A stretch of 64,000 bases of DNA, from assembly GCA_963764165.1 (NCBI GenBank), contig CAVXRD010000001.1, positions 32,001 to 96,000 on the forward strand. The letters run 5' to 3'. Each line of letters starts with the position of its first letter. Within the stretch, counting starts at the first letter, position 1. The translations under genes and the position numbers were made by a program. This document shows positions 10,582 to 20,325 of this stretch, piece after piece. This DNA comes from an uncultured Verrucomicrobiae bacterium. Lineage in GTDB: Bacteria > Verrucomicrobiota > Verrucomicrobiia > Limisphaerales > Palsa-1400. A model generated the notes under the pieces. The model ran no database searches. It saw nothing but the letters and a program-made list of their open reading frames with translations, and had not been told where the DNA came from.

Positions 10582-12199
10582 GCCCGAGTTCGATTCCCTG
10601 AGGAAGCTTCTCTTGGAAATCGCACCGGAACGCTCGGCGGAGCGCCTGCTCCGCAAGGTGGTTCAATGCCTTGCCAACCGCCCCCACGCCGTCATGGCCA
10701 GAATCTGGCTGATCGATAATGGCGACCTCTGCGGCGACTGTTTCACCCACCCGGAATGCACCGATCAAACCCGCTGCCTTCATTTGGTGGCCAGCGCGGA
10801 ATCCGCCACTTCAGGCCTGGAAAGCAACGGCAACTCCAACGAGGAATTGAAACGCATTCCCATTGCCTCGGGCGTGATAGGGCGCATTGCGAAGACAGGA
10901 AAGGCGGCGATCAGCAGTGACACATCGCATGACCTGAGCGGCATTGGCGGGCCGGAATCCGAGAAACGCGCGGAAATCAAAGGCTTTAACGGCCAGCCCA
11001 TTATTTTTCGCGATGAAGTGCTCGGCGTTCTCGCCCAATACAATCGCATCCCCCCTCCGGAACTGACAACCGAATGGCTCCGCATTTTCGCGGATCACAT
11101 CGGCGCCGCGATTGTCAATACTCGGGCCTTCGAAGAAATCGAACGGCTCAAATCGCAACTGGAATTGGAGAACACGCTTTTGCAAGAGGAGGTGCGCGAG
11201 GCCAAAGCCTTCGGCGAAATGATTGGCGAAAGCGCTGCGCTAAAAAAGACAATGCGCCAAATCGAAATGGTTGCCCCGACCGATGCGACAGTTCTTATCC
11301 TGGGCGAATCCGGCACGGGCAAGGAATTGGTGGCTCGGGAAATTCACCAACGCAGCCGCCGCCGCGAGCGTCCGCTCATACGCGTCAACTGCGCTTCCAT
11401 TCCGCGCGAACTCTACGAGAGCGAATTTTTTGGCCATGTGAAAGGCGCATTTACTGGCGCGGTGAAGGATCGCGCGGGCCGTTTCGAGGCAGCGCAGGGT
11501 GGGACGCTTCTGCTGGATGAAGTCGGCGAAATTCCGATTGAATTGCAAAGCAAGCTTCTGCGCGTTTTGCAGGAGGGGCAATATGAGAGGGTCGGCGACG
11601 AGCGCACGCGGACGGTGGATGTCCGGATTATTGCCGCGACCAATCGCGATTTGCCGCGCGAAGTGGAGATGGGCCATTTTCGCCAGGATCTTTATTATCG
11701 GCTCAACGTTTTCCCCATCAAAGTTGCGCCGCTGCGCGAGCGGGTGGAGGACATTCCGCTGCTGGCGGCGGCGTTTTTGGAAAAGGCGGCGCGAAAATTA
11801 AATGTGCCGGCCGCGCGGCTCACGCAGGCGCATCTGGCCCAATTCCAAAATTATCACTGGCCGGGAAATGTCCGCGAATTGCAGAACACCATCGAGCGTG
11901 CATTGATCCTGGCGCAGCACGGAACACTTTGGTTTGAGTTGCCCACCGGCGGCTCCGCGGATTCCTCGCAGCCCGCCGCTCAAGCAAATCCGCCACCGTG
12001 TGGTTCCGATGCGCCCATTCTGAGTGATTTGGAATTTCGCCAGAAGGAGCGCGAGAATATTCTGGCCGCGCTGAACAAGACAAAATGGAAAATCCATGGG
12101 GCAGGGGGCGCGGCGGAATTGCTCGGGTTGAAACCGAGCACATTAATTTCCCGAATCAAAAGTCTTTCGCTGCAACGGCCTGAACGGCCGGCGTCGTAG
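10559..12199 (+). CDS. Sigma54-dependent activator, GAF-AAA+-HTH (FhlA-like)
   Basis: [55 protein letters not shown]. Confidence 0.95.
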   Translation: MELPRDYKPEFDSLRKLLLEIAPERSAERLLRKVVQCLANRPHAVMARIWLIDNGDLCGDCFTHPECTDQTRCLHLVASAESATSGLESNGNSNEELKRIPIASGVIGRIAKTGKAAISSDTSHDLSGIGGPESEKRAEIKGFNGQPIIFRDEVLGVLAQYNRIPPPELTTEWLRIFADHIGAAIVNTRAFEEIERLKSQLELENTLLQEEVREAKAFGEMIGESAALKKTMRQIEMVAPTDATVLILGESGTGKELVAREIHQRSRRRERPLIRVNCASIPRELYESEFFGHVKGAFTGAVKDRAGRFEAAQGGTLLLDEVGEIPIELQSKLLRVLQEGQYERVGDERTRTVDVRIIAATNRDLPREVEMGHFRQDLYYRLNVFPIKVAPLRERVEDIPLLAAAFLEKAARKLNVPAARLTQAHLAQFQNYHWPGNVRELQNTIERALILAQHGTLWFELPTGGSADSSQPAAQANPPPCGSDAPILSDLEFRQKERENILAALNKTKWKIHGAGGAAELLGLKPSTLISRIKSLSLQRPERPAS

Positions 12200-12203
12200 T
12201 CCA

Positions 12204-12755
12204 TTAAGTCGCCGACGCGGCCAGCGCCCGCGGCACTGCAATATCCGCTTCGGTGTTGGAAATGATATTGACGTAGTTTTTGAAAATATTCTCCGCGATG
12301 TTCGCGACAATCTCGATTGTTTCCGACCCCGAAAATCCAGCCTGCCGGATGAGAGACAGATCCTTCTCGCTTATGTCGCCCCGCTGAAGGACAACGGACT
12401 GCACGAATCGCAGCATCGCGTTTTCGCGCGGATCCTCGGATGCCGCCATGCGGGCGAGGCGAATATCCTCCTCCGTCAATGCGGCTTCCCTGGCGGTGCG
12501 CGTGTGCGAAATCAAGCTGTAATTGCATCCGTTGATTTCAGCCACTGCGAGGGCGATCTGCTGGCGTTCGCGTGAAGTGAGCTCGCCGCGGGCCAGCGAA
12601 TATTCCATCCCGGCGAAAGCCCGGGTCGCGGCCAATGATTTCGCCAGCAACCGCAAAAAATTCGGAATCGCCTCCGGGCCTGAATGAATCTTGGAAAGTG
12701 AAGCCCGAACTTCCGAGGTCAGGCGGTGCGGTTCTACAGGATTAAGTCGTGTCAT
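12204..12755 (-). CDS. AhpD/carboxymuconolactone decarboxylase-family protein
   Basis: ERQQIALAVAEINGCNYSLISH; ATG overlaps the upstream stop (ATGA). Confidence 0.85.
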   Translation of the reverse strand: MTRLNPVEPHRLTSEVRASLSKIHSGPEAIPNFLRLLAKSLAATRAFAGMEYSLARGELTSRERQQIALAVAEINGCNYSLISHTRTAREAALTEEDIRLARMAASEDPRENAMLRFVQSVVLQRGDISEKDLSLIRQAGFSGSETIEIVANIAENIFKNYVNIISNTEADIAVPRALAASAT

Positions 12756-13837
12756 GGGAAGTGCGTGATGAATGGAATATCGCTGGTGGCGGCCCGCTTG
12801 CGCCACTGGTAGTCCAATTGTTTGTCTAGAATTTTTTCCCGAAGGGCGGCCGACTCCGGAGATTTATCGTCAATGCCATTGAGTTCCGCGGCAAATTTTT
12901 TGGCCGTGACGCCTTCAATGGCTGCTTCTATGTGCTGGTTTTTGCCACCGAAAGCGCTGAGGGCGCGCTGGTAATAGCCAAGCGACTTGTCAAACATACC
13001 CTTGGTGGCATAAGCGGCACCCAGCGTGGTTAGAAATTTTACATTGTTCGGCCCATGCGCCAGCAAAGCCTCGAAGCGTTTGATGATGGCGTCCTCGCCA
13101 TTGCCGGCGGGGGCCGGCTTGGTTTCCTTTTTTGCTGGAGGCGGAGGCATCGCAGTCCCCGTGACTGAAATCGCCTGGGGTTCAGGCTGGGCTGGCGCCT
13201 CGGCGATCGCAATCGTTGCGGCCATTTTCTGAAAAGCACGCTGCACCGCGCCGTCATTTGGGTGTTCCTTTAAGAGCTGACCATAAATCATCGCAGCCTT
13301 TGAAGTGTCGCCGTTCTTGGCAAGAGCCTCAGCCAATTCCAATTTGTAGGCGCAATGTTCAGGATGCTCGCCCGCGAGAACTTCCAATGATAGCGCTGCC
13401 GTGCGCGGCAGGTTCAATCTCATGGCGCATCCGGCCAGTTTTTCGTGGGCCAGTTTATTCGCCGGGTCCTGGTCGAGGATGCGTTCCGCCGCCGCGATGG
13501 ATTTCAGCGGCTGAAAATGGGAAATCACCTGTAGCTTGGTCAGCGCCGGCGACAACCGAATGTTGCGCAACGTGGAATTCCACCTTCCCTTGCATGAGCG
13601 CCCCGCGCTGGCCTGTGCCCGCCGCAGCGCGCGGCGGCATTCGACGAACCCGGGTTCGATGTCGAGCGCGGTAAGGAAGGAAGCCATCGCCGACGATAGC
13701 TCGTTTTGCAGAAGGGCCGTTTCGCCGCAACGATAAAGCTCAAGGCAGGCAGCAGGGATTTGTTCCGCGGTCTTCTCCCGTACCGATTCTTGACCGCCAG
13801 TCTCGGACGGTTGGGCGTCCCGTCGTTGGTTAATCAT
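12752..13837 (-). CDS. TPR-repeat protein
   Basis: Repeated TPR helical motifs (ALDIEPG, LAEALAKNG, LGAAYATKG); start uncertain (13837 or 13852). Confidence 0.75.
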   Translation of the reverse strand: MINQRRDAQPSETGGQESVREKTAEQIPAACLELYRCGETALLQNELSSAMASFLTALDIEPGFVECRRALRRAQASAGRSCKGRWNSTLRNIRLSPALTKLQVISHFQPLKSIAAAERILDQDPANKLAHEKLAGCAMRLNLPRTAALSLEVLAGEHPEHCAYKLELAEALAKNGDTSKAAMIYGQLLKEHPNDGAVQRAFQKMAATIAIAEAPAQPEPQAISVTGTAMPPPPAKKETKPAPAGNGEDAIIKRFEALLAHGPNNVKFLTTLGAAYATKGMFDKSLGYYQRALSAFGGKNQHIEAAIEGVTAKKFAAELNGIDDKSPESAALREKILDKQLDYQWRKRAATSDIPFITHFP

Positions 13838-13851
13838 ATTAACTTCCAGCA

Positions 13852-13867
13852 TCAATAACCGTGCCAA
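13852..13867 (-). promoter_or_regulatory. Possible sigma54 promoter with non-canonical -12 (TTGA)
   Basis: Minus strand TTGGCAC-GGTTA-TTGA just upstream of the TPR gene. Confidence 0.4.
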
Positions 13868-14051
13868 GGTTCTTGGCGGTGGAATTTGGCAGAAGCCTCG
13901 CTCCGTGCAAAAATCACGGACGGGCAAGCTCCTGCCGAGCCCTTTTCATAGGGGAATGGGTCAGCATGCCCCTCGCCCTGCCAGCCTCAATTCTTGGTGA
14001 ACGCCGGTCCCGATTGGCCCGGGAAAACTTTAAATTTTCCAACTGAAGCAT

Positions 14052-14082
14052 CGAATTCTCGCCAATCTCCAGCGAATTCTCG
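14052..14082. promoter_or_regulatory. Candidate upstream activator sequence, 2x CGAATTCTCG
   Basis: Exact copies at 14052-14061 and 14073-14082 (21-bp period) upstream of a -24/-12 promoter. Confidence 0.6.
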
Positions 14083-14136
14083 TGATTCCAGTGACATGCG
14101 CCTGCGGAACTTCTCCTTGATGCCTCACAGCGTCCG

Positions 14137-14153
14137 TTGGCACGTCTCATGCC
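14137..14153 (+). promoter_or_regulatory. Sigma54 (-24/-12) promoter for the PRC-barrel and uspA genes
   Basis: TTGGCAC-GTCTC-ATGC with GG-N10-GC spacing, 28 bp before ATG 14181. Confidence 0.7.
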
Positions 14154-14180
14154 CACAATGGAAGGTGAGAGGAACCAATT

Positions 14181-14930
14181 ATGTTACACAGCATCAAAGC
14201 ACTTTACGGAAAGAGGCTCGCGGCGACGGATGACAAGGTTGGATACGTCGAGGACTGTTACTTCGACGAAACAAACTGGGTTGCCCGCTACATCGTGGCG
14301 GACACGGATTGGCGGAGTTATCCACGCCGTCTGCTTCTGTCGCCTCACGCTCTGGGGCCAGTTGCCGACCGCGGCAAAGCGCTGCCGGTAAATCTTACCC
14401 GCGAACAAATCGAAAAAGGCCCCACACTTGACTGGCTTGGATTGGTCACGCGCGATTTCGAGCTCAAGTATTACAGTTACTACGGCTGGCCGGTTTATTG
14501 GGCGGGCGGCTCGCTCTGGGGGCCAACAGATGTTCCGCCGCAAAAGGTCGCGCAGCCCGGCGAGCCAGCATGCGCGGCGTCTTCCGGCAAATTCAATTCC
14601 GGGCCAAAATTCGAGCCACCGCGGACGCTGCTGCGAAGCGCGCGGGCGATTTTTGGATTCCACGTTTTTTCCAACGGCCAGCGCGATGGCCGCCTGTCGG
14701 ATCTTTTGTTTGACGAGAAAAACTGGCACGTGGCCTATCTGGTTTTGGATACAGGCCGCTGGCTGGCACACAAGGAAGTTCTGATCTCCACGCGCAAAAT
14801 TGAGTCCATCGACTGGAATCAGTTCCGGGTCAACGTCGCGCCCGAAAAATCCGAAATTGACCGCGTTGTCGCGCGGCCTGTTCTCCACGGAAAAGCGGCG
14901 CCCTTTCAGCCGACGCTGAGGCACGCGTAA
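14181..14930 (+). CDS. Tandem PRC-barrel domain protein
   Basis: Two copies of G.V.D..FDE..W...Y.V.DT; YYGWPVYW linker. Confidence 0.85.
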   Translation: MLHSIKALYGKRLAATDDKVGYVEDCYFDETNWVARYIVADTDWRSYPRRLLLSPHALGPVADRGKALPVNLTREQIEKGPTLDWLGLVTRDFELKYYSYYGWPVYWAGGSLWGPTDVPPQKVAQPGEPACAASSGKFNSGPKFEPPRTLLRSARAIFGFHVFSNGQRDGRLSDLLFDEKNWHVAYLVLDTGRWLAHKEVLISTRKIESIDWNQFRVNVAPEKSEIDRVVARPVLHGKAAPFQPTLRHA

Positions 14931-14953
14931 CGTCAATAACAAATTCAGAATTT

Positions 14954-15457
14954 ATGAACTCAATCACTGGTGAGAATTCCTCCGCGCTGGAAGCGGTTCC
15001 TGACCGCCTCCAATTTCACACGGTTTTGGCTCCTGTTGATTTTTCGGACGCGTCGGTGCGCGCCTTCCGGTATGCGGCGCGGATTGCGGAAAAGTACGGG
15101 GCGAGAATCATTGCGCTGCATGTGGTGGAGAATTCGCTTGGCTACTATGGTTTTGACGCCACGGTAGGCGACGCCCTGGTCAGCGAAGCGCAGCAGCGGC
15201 TCGACAAAATCTGCCGCGAGGCGAAAGTGCATCCCGAGTGCGTTGAAACGATCGTCCGGCTTCCAGTGGATTCGGTGGCGAAAGAAATCGTGCTGGCTGC
15301 GCGGGACCTCGCCGCCGATTTGATCGTGATGCCTGCGAATCAGCACGCAGGCTTCGCCTTTGGACTAATCCCGAACACGGCTGACAGGATTGGCCACCAT
15401 GCGCCGTGTCCGGTGTTGTTTGTGCCGCCTCCGATTCCGGCGGGCGGCAAAGTGTAA
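14954..15457 (+). CDS. Universal stress protein (UspA family)
   Basis: VLAPVDFSDAS, ALHVV, ADLIVM, APCPVLFV. Confidence 0.92.
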   Translation: MNSITGENSSALEAVPDRLQFHTVLAPVDFSDASVRAFRYAARIAEKYGARIIALHVVENSLGYYGFDATVGDALVSEAQQRLDKICREAKVHPECVETIVRLPVDSVAKEIVLAARDLAADLIVMPANQHAGFAFGLIPNTADRIGHHAPCPVLFVPPPIPAGGKV

Positions 15458-15471
15458 ACTCTTCAAGAATC

Positions 15472-15816
15472 TTAAGCGCGATGCGCGATGCAATCCGCTT
15501 CGTCTCGCTTAAACACCTTTTCCTCCTCGGGCAGGTAAAGGTAGCGCCCGCAACTCTCACACATGGTAATGTCGTCCACATGCATAAGGCGGTTAATTGT
15601 GCCGATCGGGACGCGCATATAACAGCCCGTGCAGACCTGGTGCCGCACGATGGCGACGCCAGCCTTTCCGCGATTGGCGAGGCGATCATAGTGGGCCAGG
15701 AACGGCGGCGGGATTTTCTCGCGCAATTTCGCGATGGCGGTGTCGACAGCTCTGCCTTCCCCGGTTCCAAATTCGTATTCCTGAAGTTTAAGTAAATTGT
15801 TGAGAAGCTCTTTCAT
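15472..15816 (-). CDS. Short C4-type zinc-ribbon protein (DUF164/zf-RING_7)
   Basis: LAHYDRL..G.AGVA, CTGCYM...CESCGRYLY; ATG at 15816. Confidence 0.82.
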   Translation of the reverse strand: MKELLNNLLKLQEYEFGTGEGRAVDTAIAKLREKIPPPFLAHYDRLANRGKAGVAIVRHQVCTGCYMRVPIGTINRLMHVDDITMCESCGRYLYLPEEEKVFKRDEADCIAHRA

Positions 15817-15942
15817 AGGTCGAGGGCAATAATGGGTTTCTTTCCATTGAGTCGGGATCCAGGCCAAAAAGAATCGGCGCCGTGTTCCTCCGAACTGCGG
15901 CGCCGATTGTAAATGCATAGGAATGAGCCATTCAATAGTGGA

Positions 15943-16116
15943 TCAATGCTGTTTCTTTCCTTGGCGCTTGAAACCCTTGCTGGCTGCCGGGTTGGCGGCA
16001 GCAGCGCCTGTCGGCTGGGTTTGGGCCGGCTTTTGGCTATCGCAGCAAGTGGTGGGTTTGGCAGCGCCGGCTGTCGCGGCGGCTGCGGTCGGGGTGATAT
16101 TAGTGCTTTCGCTCAT
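15943..16116 (-). CDS. Small Ala/Thr-rich protein (57 aa)
   Basis: ATG 16116 after an AT-rich leader, directly downstream of a sigma54 promoter. Confidence 0.55.
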   Translation of the reverse strand: MSESTNITPTAAAATAGAAKPTTCCDSQKPAQTQPTGAAAANPAASKGFKRQGKKQH

Positions 16117-16167
16117 AATCGTCGTATTTAATTGTTTTGGCCGCATTAAGCGCAGCCACAACACTCA

Positions 16168-16184
16168 TTGCAAGAGGCATGCCA
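16168..16184 (-). promoter_or_regulatory. Sigma54 (-24/-12) promoter
   Basis: Minus strand TGGCAT-GCCTC-TTGCA, near-consensus. Confidence 0.78.
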
Positions 16185-16268
16185 GTGCGCGTGGCGGTGC
16201 GCCTTCCTTGTGCAAGCCAGTCTCCGCCAACATATTGGCTGCGTGGAGAATGGCGGGGTCTCAACCCT

Positions 16269-16316
16269 CGATAATTCGCTACTTGGGTTTTCTCGACGTT
16301 GAGTTGCGAATTCTCG
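16269..16316. promoter_or_regulatory. Candidate upstream activator sequences (CGA-N4-TCG)
   Basis: CGATAATTCG 16269-16278, ggTTTTCTCG 16286-16295, CGAATTCTCG 16307-16316. Confidence 0.55.
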
Positions 16317-16484
16317 CGTATTGCGAACAGGCCGTGAGCCGATCTCGCCTTCCAGGAGACAACGAAAATTTGCGCAAATTAGGGCGACTCGCAGAGCGGG
16401 CAGACGGGTCCTTGATTAGAAATATGGACTTGGATCTGAAGGACAAGACGATCTGGCGGATCGCGTCAGCGCGGCTGATTATGT

Positions 16485-16975
16485 GTAGGTCTTTATCCAA
16501 CGGAGGGATTCAAGCTGCCTGCGCAAGGCGAGACGCCCATCATCATGGTTGGGCCCGGCACTGGCATCGCACCGTTCCGCGCCTTTTTGGAGAAACGCCG
16601 AGCCATCTGCGCTTCCGGGAAAAACTGGCTCTTTTTCGGCGACCAGAAACGTTCCACAGGTTTTCTTTATGAAGAACAACTCATGGGCTGGCTCAAAGAT
16701 GGCCACCTCCACCGGCTCGACCTTGCGTTTTCGCGGGACCAAGTGGGAAAACTTATATTCAAAACCAAATGCTCGAAAACGCGGCCGAGCTTTGGAAGTG
16801 GCTTGAAGCAGGCGCCCATTTCTACGTTTGCAGCGATGCTTCGCGCATGGCAATAGACGTCGATGTGGCTGTGCATGAGATTCTTGAAACTGCCGGCGGC
16901 AAAAGTTCGGTCGACGCGCGTTCTTGCGTCGCCAAATTAAAATCCACCCGGCGCTATCAACGGGATATCTATTGA
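16485..16975 (+). pseudogene. Sulfite reductase flavoprotein (CysJ-like) C-terminal fragment, frameshifted
   Basis: PIIMVGPGTGIAPFR, WLFFGDQ, LAFSRDQ; frame switch near 16750 to HFYVC.DA..MA, RYQRDIY; N-terminal domains absent. Confidence 0.85.
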
Positions 16976-17356
16976 GGAATTAGACGTTTCAGGATCACTC
17001 TCCCAGCCTCTTTACCCTCTGGAAAAATCTCGCTGGCTTATTTTCCGGCATAGCTACAGTTTGAAAAAGGATGACAAGAATTGTGGCCGATTCAACAATA
17101 TATATTGAGTCAGCGCCGGTTGACCTGTCCATGGTGACGAGATGAAACGAGTGATTGAAATCAGTGATCTTCTTTAAGCGAAGGAAACGCTTGATGCCAA
17201 AACCCAAGATTCACGAGACAACGAAATTCTTCGGGCGGGTTTTTCCCGGAACAACGGAGACGAAATCCCAGTCGCGTCCCCGATCTCGAAAGCCCCACAG
17301 AACCACAACTGAATTACGACTACTCGACCAACAATTTAATTCTGCACTATAGATAT

Positions 17357-18012
17357 ATGAACACATCCTACGAAACAAATTCGATCCTAGAACAAACCAA
17401 AAAAATGAAATCCCAGCCTGGCTTTGTTGCCGCGCTGGACCAAAGCGGTGGCAGCACCCCCAAAGCGCTGGCCGACTATGGAATCAAGGGGGGATCATGG
17501 TCCAATGATGGCGATATGTTCGAACTGGTGCATAATATGCGCGCGCGCACATCACGAGCCCGAACTTCACCGGTGAACGGATTCTGGGCGCGATTCTATT
17601 CGAGGGCACCATGGAAAGAGATATCGAGGGGCAGCCCACGGCGGATTATCTCTGGAACGCCAAACACATCGTTCCATTTTTGAAGGTGGACAAGGGGCTT
17701 GCAGAGGAAAAAAACGGTGCCCGTCTGATGAAACCGATGCCTGAGCTTGGAGCGCTGCTTAAAAAGGCCAAGGCCGCGCGCGTCTTCGGAACCAAGATGC
17801 GTTCCGTGATTCATCAATCCAATCCGGAAGGTGTCAAAGCCATCGTCAACCAGCAGTTCGAGGTGGCCGCGCAAATCAACGCCGCCGGCCTCGTGCCGAT
17901 AATTGAACCGGAGGTTGACATTCATTGCCCGGATAAGGTGGCATACGCATTCTTAATGCCATGCGCCATCGACCGGCGCGATTACAAGGTGGTATCGTGT
18001 ATAGTGGAATGA
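17357..18012 (+). pseudogene. Class I fructose-bisphosphate aldolase, frameshifted and 3'-truncated
   Basis: [13 protein letters not shown]; frame shift near 17549; [21 protein letters not shown]; family similarity ends near 17940. Confidence 0.88.
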
Positions 18013-18291
18013 CACCGGCAGCCGCGGCCACGGCAAAGAATCAGCTTTTTAATTATTCTCGGGCTTATAGTGGCGCGGTCGTGCTGGGCGGCTACCCTAT
18101 CGATTACTGCCAACGGAATTGAGACGGACGGAAGCAAGATGGGGCATTTCAACGTCAGTTTTCCAAATTTCCTTTCGGACTCGAAGGACAAGACTTACGA
18201 ACCAATCGAAAATCTCTGAACAACGGTATAGCCGTACGGCAATTGGAGATGGCGCTTCTCGAATCCGACAGGGCCGCGGACGAGAGCCAGT

Positions 18292-18879
18292 TTGGCAACT
18301 CGCCTTGACTTTGTTATGAGTCTCAAACGAATGTGCTACAAGGCTGGTGGCTACGCTCGGCGCAATGATCCTTATCGCCGGGAGAATTCTTCCACATATC
18401 CGCGCCGCCCCGACTCGAATCAAATCCAAGCGTCCGCGCCGGACGTTTCGCCAATTGGTGGCTGCGGTGTCGCCGTCTTCATGCTTGGCGGATTGCTCGC
18501 ACTCGCGTGCCCTCCGTTGGGTGTTGTCGTCATTTTGATCGGCGGTCTTGTCGCCAGCGGCTCCGCCGTTGCATCCAACCGGCGCGAGCAATTAGGGGCG
18601 AGTGCGCCCCCATTGCCGCCCACGCCTTCCGCAATTCAGTCAGACGAAAGGAAGCAAGGGCGATTGATCTTCCTCCCACTCCCGCCGCGAGGCGGGAAGC
18701 CGGTCAAGCCAGAATACACGAAGTGTTCGTGCGGCTGCTGCGACCAGCTTTTGCAATACAATTCGGAGTGCAGCGGAATGACTGCTTCGTGTCCCGCCTG
18801 TCAACAGCAGGTCGTGTTGCCGTGTGGGATTTACGAACGAAAACGTGAGCGGTCTTCTCCATCCCCCGGTCGCCATTAG
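18292..18879 (+). CDS. Hypothetical membrane protein with C-terminal zinc ribbon
   Basis: Hydrophobic hairpin, Pro-rich linker, CSCGCC...CPAC; start uncertain. Confidence 0.5.
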   Translation: MATRLDFVMSLKRMCYKAGGYARRNDPYRRENSSTYPRRPDSNQIQASAPDVSPIGGCGVAVFMLGGLLALACPPLGVVVILIGGLVASGSAVASNRREQLGASAPPLPPTPSAIQSDERKQGRLIFLPLPPRGGKPVKPEYTKCSCGCCDQLLQYNSECSGMTASCPACQQQVVLPCGIYERKRERSSPSPGRH

Positions 18880-19005
18880 CGCAAAATGCTCCGACCAAAA
18901 CCCCCGCCCCCCGTCTGGACTTGCAGGGGTCAGACGGCGCTCCAATTCTGTAATCGGGAGACAATCATGGCTGGCGTTGAACGCTGTTAGCTTTTGTTGC
19001 GTTTG

Positions 19006-19027
19006 TTGCCACTAGACATTGCCACTA
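19006..19027. repeat. Direct repeat TTGCCACTA x2 (integrase arm-site-like)
   Basis: Copies at 19006-19014 and 19019-19027, beside a tRNA-end fragment. Confidence 0.6.
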
Positions 19028-19063
19028 CGCAGTGGGTTTGGCGTAAGTGGTTGATTGAAAGGA

Positions 19064-19089
19064 TGGTGGAGCCGAGGGGAGTCGAACCC
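19064..19089 (-). other. att-site copy of the 3' end of tRNA-Ala or tmRNA
   Basis: Minus strand GGGTTCGACTCCCCTCGGCTCCACCA (T-loop, acceptor 3' strand with U70, ACCA); no matching 5' half. Confidence 0.8.
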
Positions 19090-19093
19090 ATGA

Positions 19094-19329
19094 TGCGACG
19101 GCAACGGCGACCAAGCCGGAGTCGCGCCCAAATCGCCGACAAATTGCGCCGATGAAACGGGCGTTGGCGGTTACGTTCCGCTTCGGGTGCATAGCCACTA
19201 CTCGTTTCTCAATTCTACATTGTCACCCACGGCCATTGTCGAACTGGCCAAACGGCATGGCCTGTCTTCTGTCGCCCTGACGGATACCGGCAACCTGCAT
19301 GGAGCCGTAGAATTTGTAGAAGCAGCCAA
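19094..19329 (+). pseudogene. Fragment of the DNA polymerase III alpha (DnaE-type) PHP domain
   Basis: YVPLRVHSHYSFL...ALTDTGNLHGAVEF, then abrupt loss of similarity. Confidence 0.8.
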
Positions 19330-19800
19330 TACCTTATTACACGCGGCTATATTGCGATCAACATCAATCGGTTTCGTCCAGTTGGCCGAGGGGCTATCCA
19401 TCCTGAGTTTTCGGTGAGCGAACTGGAGGTTCAGCTTTCCTTGCGACGGGCAATGTCACGGTTTCGTAAAGACGAATCCGCCGCACCTGATACTGTTGAA
19501 GTGGAGGCACAATGCCATTGCGGCGTGGGCCGATTTCTCAACATCATGCCCAACGGCGACGTTTTCCCATGCCATGTGCTCACACAGCCTGAATTCTCTT
19601 GTGGCAATCTGCGTGAACAAAGCCTCGTAGAAATGTGTCGTCGTCGTGGTTTGTTGGGGACGCTCGCAGGACTAGATTTTCGCAGATTAGCTCAGACTGA
19701 TCCAGATCTTGCCGAATTGACCCGGCGCAATACCTGTATTGGTGAGGTGTACGAGCGGACACGCAAATCGCCTGCGTGGAATGAACACGTCCCTCATCCG
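19330..19800 (+). pseudogene. C-terminal fragment of a radical SAM/SPASM protein
   Basis: RFRPVGRG then CHCGVG..NIMPNGDVFPC...GNLREQSL; no CX3CX2C core. Confidence 0.75.
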
Positions 19801-20120
19801 ACCGCGCATTGCAATTGCTCGTCGGACGAAAGTTCTTTCGGAACGGCGAGAATAAATTCGCGCGAAAGTTGAGCATCCTTGCGCCGCTCGGACTGCTCAA
19901 CCTTATTCCAAAGGGAAGCAGTGGAGACCGTCCATTCCGGGGAATTTTCGGGCCGGAGTATTACGGAAGAAATCACGCCTTTAGTGCGGCTGGAATAATC
20001 ATGGGTCTTGCCTGTCCGCTCGTCCCTGATTTTAGTGCCAGTGCGATAGGCGGCTGCGGCGACCGATGAATGTCCCTTTCCTCTGCTCACAATCTTTGCT
20101 TCCAACCGGTATATTGCCAT
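19794..20120 (-). pseudogene. mobA: Truncated MobA/MobL (MOBQ) relaxase
   Basis: MAIY...SRGKGHSSVAAAAYR, LWNKVEQSERRKDAQLSREFILAVPKEL; stops before the HxH motif. Confidence 0.88.
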
Positions 20121-20325
20121 CAACTTACCAGTCGCAACCTCCTCTCACTTACGAACAGTATATCAGAAAATAAACGCCAAGTCTCGCTGAGAATGGCTCT
20201 CACAGCCACTTTCCTGTCATTCGTCCACTGGCGTCCATTACCGTCCGCCACACAAAAAGCAAGAATGCCTCAGCCTGTTTGGAGCCGCGACGGCCCGACC
20301 GAAGGGCCGGAGCGAAAAACGACGA

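Noticed and set aside
15923..16672. 249-aa plus-strand ORF
   Set aside because: Spans a minus-strand gene, its promoter and an out-of-frame cysJ remnant; no motifs
17151..17164. FNR-like box gTGATtgaaATCAg
   Set aside because: Two mismatches and no correctly spaced promoter identified
19064..19140. Complete tRNA-Ala gene
   Set aside because: Only the T-loop and acceptor 3' strand are present; no GGGGCCG 5' end, D arm or anticodon arm
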